Shown here piece after piece: positions 1 to 7,942 of a stretch of DNA of 52,322 nucleotides (positions within the stretch are counted from its first letter, which is position 1; the number at the start of each line of letters is the position of its first letter). The translations under genes were made by a program, and so were the position numbers. Source of the stretch: a virus (taxonomy: Duplodnaviria; Caudoviricetes); the IMG/VR virus record IMGVR_UViG_3300037277_000027, positions 1 to 52,322 of that record. One strand, written 5' to 3'. The notes under the pieces are model-generated. The model made no database searches. It was given only the letters and a program-made list of their open reading frames with translations, and was not told where the DNA came from.

Positions 1-256
1 GTAACATCTTTGTTTCGATATACTCTTGCGGCACAAATACAAGAGTATAAGCTTTTACTAAAGTAAACACAGTAAAAACTCCATGTAACCCAGTTTCTAA
101 TACTGCTTTGCAGTCTAGATTCTTTATAAAATGTGATTCTTCTTGACCTCTTTTTTTTACATGACCACACAGTGGTTCTGGCCTTCCAACAAAGTCGTTG
201 TCAACTAGGTTGTCCAAAGATAACATCTTGACTCCATTGATTATCATTATTATCAT
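1..256 (-). CDS. Hypothetical protein, runs off the left window edge
   Basis: Hand translation from ATG at 256 (GGGAGA upstream): MIIMIINGVKMLSLDNLVDNDFVGRPEPLCGHVKKRGQEE..., open to position 1; absent from the ORF track. Confidence 0.55.
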   Translation of the reverse strand, partial: MIIMIINGVKMLSLDNLVDNDFVGRPEPLCGHVKKRGQEESHFIKNLDCKAVLETGLHGVFTVFTLVKAYTLVFVPQEYIETKML

Positions 257-307
257 TCTCCCAACTAAAATAGAATTTAAAGGCGACTTCCTTTAATTTC
301 TTATACC

Positions 308-940
308 TTAGTTTTCCATAGGAATTAAAAAATGCTTCCTAAATTCATTATCAAGGACAAATTGTTCAATGACTCTTGTTCTTGCCAGAGAGAGCCTGAG
401 ATTAGCATCTGGAATATCTAAATAAGCCTCGTCTTCCGTCTTGGCTTTAGCTACCCTTGTTATCTTATCTAAGTCATACAGCTTTGAACACTCTGAGCAC
501 AGACCATAAAAACCTAAGTTACCAACAAACTGCAAAGGCGCAAAGTTATCAGCACAATGTAAGCAAACAACAATATTCGCAGCATCAGTTCTCCATTTAC
601 TAACATCGTCCTCATTTCTCCAGTCGTGAGTATCGATAAATTTCTTTACGCCAATTTTCTCAATGATATCTCTGCCATAAGAAAATCTTTCCTTGAAATC
701 AATCTCTTCTTCATTAAGAAATTTAGCCCATATTTTTTCATATTCTTCTTCTGTTCTTTTGTGGATTATTTTATCGCCAACAATTTCGACTTCTATGCCA
801 GCTTCATTTTTTTTGAGTGAACTTAACATTCTGATTGCGTTGTTTGATTTTTCTAATGCTGATTTATCTACATTGAATCTTGGGTCATGATCATCAATAG
901 GATTAATTTGTAACTTATCCATAATTACCTCCATAATCAA
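308..940 (-). CDS. Hypothetical protein with CxxC...CxxC zinc-ribbon motif
   Basis: 210-aa ORF with CLHC and CSEC; GGAGGT RBS suggests the true start is MDKLQ at 922. Confidence 0.7.
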   Translation of the reverse strand: MIMEVIMDKLQINPIDDHDPRFNVDKSALEKSNNAIRMLSSLKKNEAGIEVEIVGDKIIHKRTEEEYEKIWAKFLNEEEIDFKERFSYGRDIIEKIGVKKFIDTHDWRNEDDVSKWRTDAANIVVCLHCADNFAPLQFVGNLGFYGLCSECSKLYDLDKITRVAKAKTEDEAYLDIPDANLRLSLARTRVIEQFVLDNEFRKHFLIPMEN

Positions 941-1030
941 GTGATACTATAAGTTATACCACACTTTTGAGCCAATGTATATACGAAAACGCTAAAAAAT
1001 ATATATTTTCTAAAACCCTGACTGGTGGCT

Positions 1031-1723
1031 AAGTGTCCAAGATTTTAACTGAGTGTCCAAAAAAGTGCCCGAAATGTCCAAGAAATAGTCCTATTTGTCC
1101 AGCCTTTAGTCCTATTTGTCCAAGGATTTTTTGGAAGTGTCAACCTAAATTTCCCCAAGCTATAACTAAAGTTCAAAATAAAGGAAGGGAAATAGGGTGT
1201 ACGGGAGCTTGTTCTTCGCCCTGGTACTTACTATATATATAATATATATAAATTATTTATTATTATATTATATATAATAATAACGGTTCTGATAGATAAA
1301 AAGCCTATATAGTAAAAAAAATTGTTTTGGGTACTTTTTGTTCGTAGTTTTTTAGATTTCATATTCTTACCCCCCGCCTTTTATTTAACGGTTCTGACTG
1401 ACTTTTTCTGGGAGTTGTTTGTTCATGCGTGCTTGAGGGCATTTTTGGATAATTCTAGGTGGACATTCGAGCTATTTTGCGTCCATAAGGGCACTTTTTT
1501 TGGACACTCAGAAAAACTTTTGGACATTTATTGCCGTTTGGTGGACATTTCCAGTTTGGGCGAAAAGTGCTTCAAGCCTTAGAGCAGTGTGGCTTTGAAG
1601 GTGTTTTTTTGACTTTTTATTGTAAGACACTTCCAATTTTGAGGACGAAGTGTGTGTAAGCCTTTTGACTCTAAGTTTTGAAGGTGTTTTTAGAGCTATT
1701 TTTTGGAAGACACTTCCAAAAAA
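1031..1723. repeat. Origin-like element: inverted iteron arrays flanking a 52-bp pure-AT core
   Basis: TGTCCA at 1034, 1054, 1075, 1096, 1117; TGGACA at 1460, 1501, 1521, 1542; near-perfect inverted repeat 1049-1070 / 1489-1511; no G or C in 1232-1283; lies at a divergent gene boundary. Confidence 0.75.
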
Positions 1724-1775
1724 AGTTATGTTGACCAAATGGTATTTACAGACAATTTCGACTATACCCCTCTCG

Positions 1776-1804
1776 TTTACTTGAATTTTAAAAGATGATA
1801 TACT
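1776..1804 (+). promoter_or_regulatory. Putative sigmaA-type promoter with extended -10 for the head operon
   Basis: TTTACT-17bp-TATACT with TG-N before the -10 (TGATATACT 1796-1804), about 25 bp upstream of the protease start. Confidence 0.55.
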
Positions 1805-1828
1805 TTTTTTAGAACATATAAGGGGTTG

Positions 1829-4153
1829 ATGCGATTGTTTAGTAAATACACAACTTTCTCTTTGTCAAAAGATGATGTTGAAATTTTAGATGGTGAGCTA
1901 ATAAAAACAGCTTCTATAAAGTTGCCTGACGGCATTGCTTATGACCCAGAATTCTTTTACATGAGAGTTAGGGGTGTAAGTGCTGGAGAATATTATGGGT
2001 GCAACAAAAATGCTGACTACTTTCCAGAAGATGAACTTGTTAAAGGTCATCCTACGTTTATGCAAGCACATGCCTTTAAGAATCATGAGAACAAAGATGT
2101 TGCAAACGCTATAGGCGACGTACTCGCTGCCCATTGGGATAATAAGATGAAGAGCGTAATTCTTCTACTTAGAATAGACAGAAGACTTGCTCCAACAGTA
2201 GTTAGAGGATTTGAAAAAGGTTACATGACTGATGTGTCTATGGGTTGCAGGATTGATTATAGTCTTTGCTCTATCTGTGGAAACAAAGCAAAAATACGTT
2301 CAGAATATTGTGACCACATTAATAATATGAAGCATAAAATATTCGCAGACGGACGTAAGGTTTATGAAATAAATATAGGTCCTAAATTCCATGATATTTC
2401 AGCCGTTCTTAATGGAGCAGAAAAAGTTGCTAAAGTAACTGGTATGCTTATCACTGGCAATAAGATAGCTTTTGATATGCAAAGGTCTTTAGAAAAAGTT
2501 GCTTCTATAGAAGAATCTATAAATAAAGAAAATTTAGAAATGAACGTCAAAGCGGCCAGTGAGATTATAGAAGATAATTTAGAGATATTAGAGAAGACAG
2601 CATCGGCTAAAAAAAGTAACTTGCAAAAAATAGCTGAAATCAAAAAAGAGATTCAGTGCAAGATAGAAGACATAGCTAAAGGCGAAGTTATATCGGATAA
2701 GTTCAATCATGCAGATAAGCTTAGCCAATTGTTAAAACTTGTTGGTACAAGATTTTGGGATAGAGAAACTTGTGATGAGATATCTGCTGGAATACGTTCT
2801 ATTGCTACGGAGAAGCTTATCCCTGTGCCTGTAGCTTTTAGTCAGTTCTTAAGAGTGTTAGATTTTGCTGGAATAGAACTTTCTCCTTTAGAGTTCAAAG
2901 AAATCGCAGACAATCTTATGGGCGACGCACACGACGCTGATGTTAGGGATTATGATATGGGTACTCCAGATGATTTAGATTCGGAAGAAGAGTCTGTATT
3001 TAATAATGACATTGGAGATAGTATTAACTTACCAACAATGTTTAACGCAGTAAGAGGCTTGAGAAGAATTCCTCTTGAAGATAAAATTCTCTCTGGTAAT
3101 CCTATGAGTAAGCTTAAAGCTATTATTATTCGTGTTCAAAAACCAATGGTTGCATCAAGCGAAAGTCTTGGAAGTTTTATGAATATGATTAAAGGTTTTA
3201 TGCCAGAGAGAAGCAATCATAGACGCTTCTTAATAAAGAGGATTGTTAATCTCCCAAAAGAAGCTAATTACTCACACTTTGCAATAACTAAAGTAGCAAG
3301 TGACGAGAATGTCAATGCAGACAATATAAACTCTGCATTGACTATGTTATTGTATGCGAAGTACCAAGGCGATAGAGTCAGAAGATTTAATGATGGTGAC
3401 CTAGATTTTGGTCTGAATAAGTTTGCTTCAGTTATAGAAGGAGAGAAGTTCGACAACATTCTAGAAGATGCCATAGAAAAAGAAGCTTTTACTGGCAAAG
3501 GATACACCACAAGAAAAGCATTGCTATACGGTATGCCTTTAACCTTTGGTTACTCTGCTCTGCAACGCTCCAGGATTAAAAACAACGAAAACGTTAGTGG
3601 TTTCAATAGGTATGTCGCAGAGAACCCAGCCAATGCATACGTTGTGCAAGCTTTAGCTGGCCCTCATGCTGTGAAGGCTCTTAAGCGCCTACCTAAGAAA
3701 GTGGCAAGAAAAGCTGAGGAACTATCCGATAAAACATACATGAAACATGCTGATATGTTCAGAGATAGCCAAATTGATGAAGAGGCTAAAAAGATATATA
3801 ATGAATCTCAATTGGTTGCCTTAAAGAAAGCTTGCTTATTAATAGAAGATGAAAGACAAGATTTATCCGAGCATGTCCTAGGAATGAATAAACTAGCAGA
3901 GTCAGATACGGACAGATACTTGCAAATATGCAAGGATTACTTTAAAATTGAATTTGAGAAGGAATTAGAAAAGACTTCAGGCGTAATAAAAGAGATGGCT
4001 CTCGGTGCTCTAGGGAATACCGTCTTTAACAAAAAAGGAACTTCTCTATTAGCCTCAATGCCTGCGGCAGTAATTGATGGAGCGGCGATTACATTGTTAG
4101 CTAAACACCTATCCGAACCTAAAGTAAAATCACCAAAACCTAAAGAAAAGTAG
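1829..4153 (+). CDS. Prohead maturation protease fused to a long C-terminal head-internal region
   Basis: N-terminal motifs NKNADYF, FKNHEN, DVSMGC-x6-CSICG-x8-CDHI, FHDISAV typical of large-phage prohead proteases; first gene upstream of scaffold and capsid genes. Confidence 0.75.
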   Translation: MRLFSKYTTFSLSKDDVEILDGELIKTASIKLPDGIAYDPEFFYMRVRGVSAGEYYGCNKNADYFPEDELVKGHPTFMQAHAFKNHENKDVANAIGDVLAAHWDNKMKSVILLLRIDRRLAPTVVRGFEKGYMTDVSMGCRIDYSLCSICGNKAKIRSEYCDHINNMKHKIFADGRKVYEINIGPKFHDISAVLNGAEKVAKVTGMLITGNKIAFDMQRSLEKVASIEESINKENLEMNVKAASEIIEDNLEILEKTASAKKSNLQKIAEIKKEIQCKIEDIAKGEVISDKFNHADKLSQLLKLVGTRFWDRETCDEISAGIRSIATEKLIPVPVAFSQFLRVLDFAGIELSPLEFKEIADNLMGDAHDADVRDYDMGTPDDLDSEEESVFNNDIGDSINLPTMFNAVRGLRRIPLEDKILSGNPMSKLKAIIIRVQKPMVASSESLGSFMNMIKGFMPERSNHRRFLIKRIVNLPKEANYSHFAITKVASDENVNADNINSALTMLLYAKYQGDRVRRFNDGDLDFGLNKFASVIEGEKFDNILEDAIEKEAFTGKGYTTRKALLYGMPLTFGYSALQRSRIKNNENVSGFNRYVAENPANAYVVQALAGPHAVKALKRLPKKVARKAEELSDKTYMKHADMFRDSQIDEEAKKIYNESQLVALKKACLLIEDERQDLSEHVLGMNKLAESDTDRYLQICKDYFKIEFEKELEKTSGVIKEMALGALGNTVFNKKGTSLLASMPAAVIDGAAITLLAKHLSEPKVKSPKPKEK

Positions 4154-4158
4154 TAATG

Positions 4159-4187
4159 TTGATTTTTACATAGTTTAAAGATAAAAT
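4159..4187 (+). promoter_or_regulatory. Putative sigmaA-type promoter
   Basis: TTGATT-17bp-TAAAAT in the intergenic gap before the next gene. Confidence 0.45.
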
Positions 4188-4238
4188 TAAAGTAAACATT
4201 AGTGTTTCTCGCACAATAAATTATGAGAGGTGACAAAT

Positions 4239-4895
4239 ATGGCAGAAAAAACAGGAAGCAGTTTCTATGAAGAGCTTATAAAAGAAGATTTTTATCAAGC
4301 ATCTACATCGAAACAAGCATCTTCTGGCGAAGAAGGTCTTAGCAAAGAAGCTGCAAAATCAATGCTCGATAGTTTTTCATCTGATCAATTAGAAGCGTTA
4401 GCCCAAGAGTTTGATGATATGATTGGGAAAACTGCTAGTGATTCTACTTTGGAAGATGACATCCTTGAAGTCTTAGCTAAAGAAGATGGCGAAGACGATA
4501 AAGAGAAGGGTGAAAAGAAAGAATTCCCATTCAAGAAAAAAACAGGACAAGAAAAGGAAGACAAGGGCGAAAAAGGTGAAAAACCTGAAGGCTCTAAAGC
4601 TGATGAAAAAGAAGATAAAAAAGAAGGCGAGTCAGAAGACGATAAAGAAAAGAAAGAAGCTGATGAAGACCTCGAAGATCAAATTTTAAAAGAAGCTTGT
4701 GACCAAGCTTTAGCTAAAATGACTGAGATGGGTCTTACTGTTGCGGATTACGCATATAGCAGGTTCGAAGATGCTGAAACAGCAGTCTTTATAGCTGACA
4801 AAGCTGAGAAATTAGCTTTCATCACTGAACAAAATCCTTTGATTGTTGTTGATGACATAATCAATAGCATTGAATCTAAATTCACAGAGGAATAA
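4239..4895 (+). CDS. Acidic scaffold-like / internal head protein
   Basis: Very D/E/K-rich low-complexity centre, repeated K-x-A motifs, GAGGTG RBS before ATG 4239, between protease and capsid genes. Confidence 0.6.
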   Translation: MAEKTGSSFYEELIKEDFYQASTSKQASSGEEGLSKEAAKSMLDSFSSDQLEALAQEFDDMIGKTASDSTLEDDILEVLAKEDGEDDKEKGEKKEFPFKKKTGQEKEDKGEKGEKPEGSKADEKEDKKEGESEDDKEKKEADEDLEDQILKEACDQALAKMTEMGLTVADYAYSRFEDAETAVFIADKAEKLAFITEQNPLIVVDDIINSIESKFTEE

Positions 4896-4909
4896 TTGGA
4901 GGTGTTGAC

Positions 4910-5911
4910 ATGCCTTCAGTAGCAAAAAGTCTTGGACACTTTGTAAGAATCCTTGAACGGCATGGAAAACATTTTCCTAAAGGCGAGTCTGCAAGACAAG
5001 TTGCTGAGAAGATACTGCACAACAAAAATAGCCTTGTAACCGATTTGGCACCTCATACTTTTGGGAAACGCTTTGCTAAAACTGTTGATAAGTATCATTC
5101 GAAAGTACAGTCAAGATTAGCCGATGCCGACATAAAGGCAGGATATAAAGTACACAAACTTTTAAAAAATAACAAAGGTAAGTTGCGAGACAAACTAAGT
5201 AATGCTTTTGTATATAATCATAGTGTACCTTTAAAAGAATCAGTTAAGGGCGAACCAGACAAGGCGATTCACGTAGGAGTTCCTATGTTAACCGCACCGC
5301 TAGAAAAGCTTAGAAAAGGCGCACTGCCCCTTATTGGTTCGTTCGCAGTAGGTTCAAAATTATCAGAGATGCAAGCGGATAAGGGTGGTGGTCATGGAAT
5401 GAAAAAGGAACAAGCTCAAAGAAGCGATTTAATTGAAAAGCTATCTTCAATGATGGGAGCAATTGATCCGTCAATAGATATAACTGAGTCTGCAAGTCAA
5501 ACTCAAATGACTGCAAACCTCGCTTCCATTGCAAGTAAAATGCTTAAGTTTGCTGCAAATGAGAATAGGCGACTAACGAGCGAGAATGAGAAGTTAGCTT
5601 CCGAAGTTCAGGTTCTTAGATCTGAAATGCATAAAAAAACGAAGCTCGAAAGTGCTACAAAGCTTGCTTCGACTATGAACGAAAAAGGTATGCTAAAAAA
5701 AGCAGACATTAACGCTCAAGTTGAAAAAATTATGGAACTCGATGAAGCGGGATTTGAGATGCTTAAAACCGCGATTGAAAATATTAATGGTACGGGCTTA
5801 GATAAAGACGGGGTTGACAATTTGACTTTTCTAGGAACGGGTATTAATATTGATATTAAGGATAAAAAAGCTACACTCGAAGACTCTATCAGCGAGGAAG
5901 TTTGTAAATAA
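4910..5911 (+). CDS. Head protein: basic N-half plus coiled-coil scaffold-like C-half
   Basis: 333 aa; heptad pattern ENRRLTSENEKLASEVQVLRSEM; directly upstream of decoration and capsid genes. Confidence 0.6.
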   Translation: MPSVAKSLGHFVRILERHGKHFPKGESARQVAEKILHNKNSLVTDLAPHTFGKRFAKTVDKYHSKVQSRLADADIKAGYKVHKLLKNNKGKLRDKLSNAFVYNHSVPLKESVKGEPDKAIHVGVPMLTAPLEKLRKGALPLIGSFAVGSKLSEMQADKGGGHGMKKEQAQRSDLIEKLSSMMGAIDPSIDITESASQTQMTANLASIASKMLKFAANENRRLTSENEKLASEVQVLRSEMHKKTKLESATKLASTMNEKGMLKKADINAQVEKIMELDEAGFEMLKTAIENINGTGLDKDGVDNLTFLGTGINIDIKDKKATLEDSISEEVCK

Positions 5912-5935
5912 CATTAAACAAGGGAGGTTAAAACT

Positions 5936-6343
5936 ATGATTAACAAGGAAAATAGGTTCGACGAGTACTCATATAGAATAGCATTCAGAGAACTCGACCC
6001 TTCTGTTACAACTTTGGAAGAAGGCCAGTGGATCACTCTTGCTAACAACAAGATTGTTATCAGTGATGGAACAAAGAAATCTTTCCTTTGCATTTCTTCA
6101 AGCAGACCAGGAAGAGATCAAATCTCAGGTAAGCCAGTAAAGAAGTCTTCTTACTTACTCGGAGCTTTTGAGATTAGCGTTACAAATTTCGACCCAACAG
6201 GTACTTATGTTGATATGACTCCGCTAGTTGTTACAACTGGTGGTATCTTAGCTCCGTTCGTTGCTGGTGGAGATGTTTCAAAAATCGAAGCGTATGCTAT
6301 TAATGCACCGGTTGCGGGCGTTCTTAGAATATGCACTAAATAA
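5936..6343 (+). CDS. Putative capsid decoration/cement protein
   Basis: 135-aa beta-rich protein immediately upstream of the major capsid gene; strong GGGAGG RBS. Confidence 0.6.
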   Translation: MINKENRFDEYSYRIAFRELDPSVTTLEEGQWITLANNKIVISDGTKKSFLCISSSRPGRDQISGKPVKKSSYLLGAFEISVTNFDPTGTYVDMTPLVVTTGGILAPFVAGGDVSKIEAYAINAPVAGVLRICTK

Positions 6344-6359
6344 GGGAGGGGGATGACAA

Positions 6360-7409
6360 ATGGCTGGAATTATGAGAATCAAAACTGCAGCTGAAACACA
6401 GAATGCAGACTACAATTTGGCAAAACTCTTGGATACACCAGGTGGGTTTGAAAAAATTGCTCTTGAAAAGCTTCCCCCTTTCATCAGGGAAACAAGAGAC
6501 TACGAAGCGTTTGGTAGACAAGTTTTACTTGCTCACAACGTAACTTCAGAAGAACTCCACTTAATAAATGGAGAACCATACTTCTACTATCCAAAAGATT
6601 TTAACTCACACGCAGCATTCTATGCTGATGATGGTCAAGTGCCTAGATTACAAATCGAAGGCGATGGAGTTAACATCGGTATCATGACTGTTATGAGTGA
6701 TGATACTACTATTAACCTCAAAAGGTTGATGGTTCAAAAGTACAACTACCTTGAGAGAGTTAGAGAACTAAGCGGTCAAGCTGTCGCTAAGATTGAAGAT
6801 AAGAAAATACTCGACCTTGTTGAGAGACTCTTACTTGGAGCTGGTACAGTTACTGCACCTGAACATGCAGGACAGATCGTTACTACTGCTGATACTCTAT
6901 TGATTAAGACTCACCTTGTGAACCTTAAGAAATGTCTATCTCAGTGGAACATTCCTTTGGCAGCGTACGTTTTAAATCAATCAAGGTTAGATGATATCCT
7001 TGTGTGGGCTCAAAATGAAGTTGACCAATTGACAATGAGAGAAATGCTTGAAAGTGGAGTTAAGTATTCAATATGGGGTAGCGTAAAACTTGTTACTTCA
7101 CCGATTGTAAACATTAATTCTATCTACGCTTTCTCAGAACCTGACTTTGTTGGTAGAATGCCTATCCTCAAAGACTTGACAGTAAGATTGACTGAAACAG
7201 CTAACAAACTTGAAAAAGGCTTGTTCATGTTCGAGTTCCTCGGCATTTACATTGCTTCACAAAAAGCAATAGCTAAGTTAATTCTTTCTTACGTAGCTGG
7301 AGCAGCTAAGATTAGCCTCATCGATGATTCTGTTGGCGTAATGGCTAAAGAAATCGGTAGAGATACTCCAGACCCTGTAGTTGGCTACGGTTCACTAGAA
7401 GGTAATTAA
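6360..7409 (+). CDS. Major capsid protein (HK97 fold inferred)
   Basis: 349 aa; IRETRDYEAFGRQVL...YPKD...DGQV...IEGD...AVAKIED pattern recalled from large-myovirus capsids; strong RBS; followed by a stable hairpin. Confidence 0.8.
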   Translation: MAGIMRIKTAAETQNADYNLAKLLDTPGGFEKIALEKLPPFIRETRDYEAFGRQVLLAHNVTSEELHLINGEPYFYYPKDFNSHAAFYADDGQVPRLQIEGDGVNIGIMTVMSDDTTINLKRLMVQKYNYLERVRELSGQAVAKIEDKKILDLVERLLLGAGTVTAPEHAGQIVTTADTLLIKTHLVNLKKCLSQWNIPLAAYVLNQSRLDDILVWAQNEVDQLTMREMLESGVKYSIWGSVKLVTSPIVNINSIYAFSEPDFVGRMPILKDLTVRLTETANKLEKGLFMFEFLGIYIASQKAIAKLILSYVAGAAKISLIDDSVGVMAKEIGRDTPDPVVGYGSLEGN

Positions 7410-7423
7410 TCTTTACTGTATAA

Positions 7424-7459
7424 TTTAAGGGGTAGGTATCTCGATACCTACCCCTTAAA
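7424..7459 (+). terminator. Perfect 17-bp inverted repeat after the capsid gene (terminator or mRNA stabiliser)
   Basis: TTTAAGGGGTAGGTATC-TC-GATACCTACCCCTTAAA; no U-tract on the + strand. Confidence 0.7.
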
Positions 7460-7484
7460 CAATATTAAGAGGAGGGCGAATTAG

Positions 7485-7922
7485 ATGTTAGACAAAATTA
7501 CAATATTAGGTGAATACCTTGCCAATGATCCACAAGGTACTTGGATTGGTGGCAAAGAATTCAAAAAAGGTAGAATTGTCGAGGCTAATGTTAACGAAGA
7601 TACTTTTTTAAATCTTTTGATTGCTCAAGAGAATAAATGGTTCTCTATAAAGTCTCATAATTATGATGAATTTAAACTCAGTAGAGGACGTTGGACTCCA
7701 GAACAAATTAAAGCTATACCAGCAGTTATCCAAGCGGTAGCAGAGCCTATAGTTCAGAATGTGTCAGAGCCCATCGTGCAAATTGTAGCAGAGCCTATTG
7801 TGCAAACAGTTGAAGAAGCTATTGTGCAGACAGTGGTAGAACCTATAGTGGTAGAACCTGCAGTGGTAGAACCTACAGAAGAAGTAGCAGGCGAAGTTGT
7901 TGAAAAAAGAAGAAGACGTTAA
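7485..7922 (+). CDS. Hypothetical virion-region protein with 8-aa (A/S)EPIVQxV repeats
   Basis: AEPIVQNV SEPIVQIV AEPIVQTV EEAIVQTV VEPIVVEP; ends in KRRRR. Confidence 0.7.
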   Translation: MLDKITILGEYLANDPQGTWIGGKEFKKGRIVEANVNEDTFLNLLIAQENKWFSIKSHNYDEFKLSRGRWTPEQIKAIPAVIQAVAEPIVQNVSEPIVQIVAEPIVQTVEEAIVQTVVEPIVVEPAVVEPTEEVAGEVVEKRRRR

Positions 7923-7942
7923 GTTAAGAGAGGGGTGGAGGC

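Noticed and set aside
19-49. 10-bp inverted repeat TATACTCTTG / CAAGAGTATA
   Set aside because: Inside a probable coding region, AT-rich, no second copy; may be chance
1031-1723. Possible CRISPR or mini-array
   Set aside because: Repeats are only 6-22 bp, spaced about 21 bp and inverted between arms; no 25-40-bp repeat/spacer pattern and no cas genes
1033-1738. Small ORFs 1033-1242 (Cys-Pro repeats), 1322-1582 and 1508-1738
   Set aside because: The CP repeats are translations of TGTCC iterons; no RBS; best explained as non-coding repeat DNA
6360-7409. Encapsulin shell protein
   Set aside because: Context of protease, scaffold, neck and tail genes indicates a phage capsid
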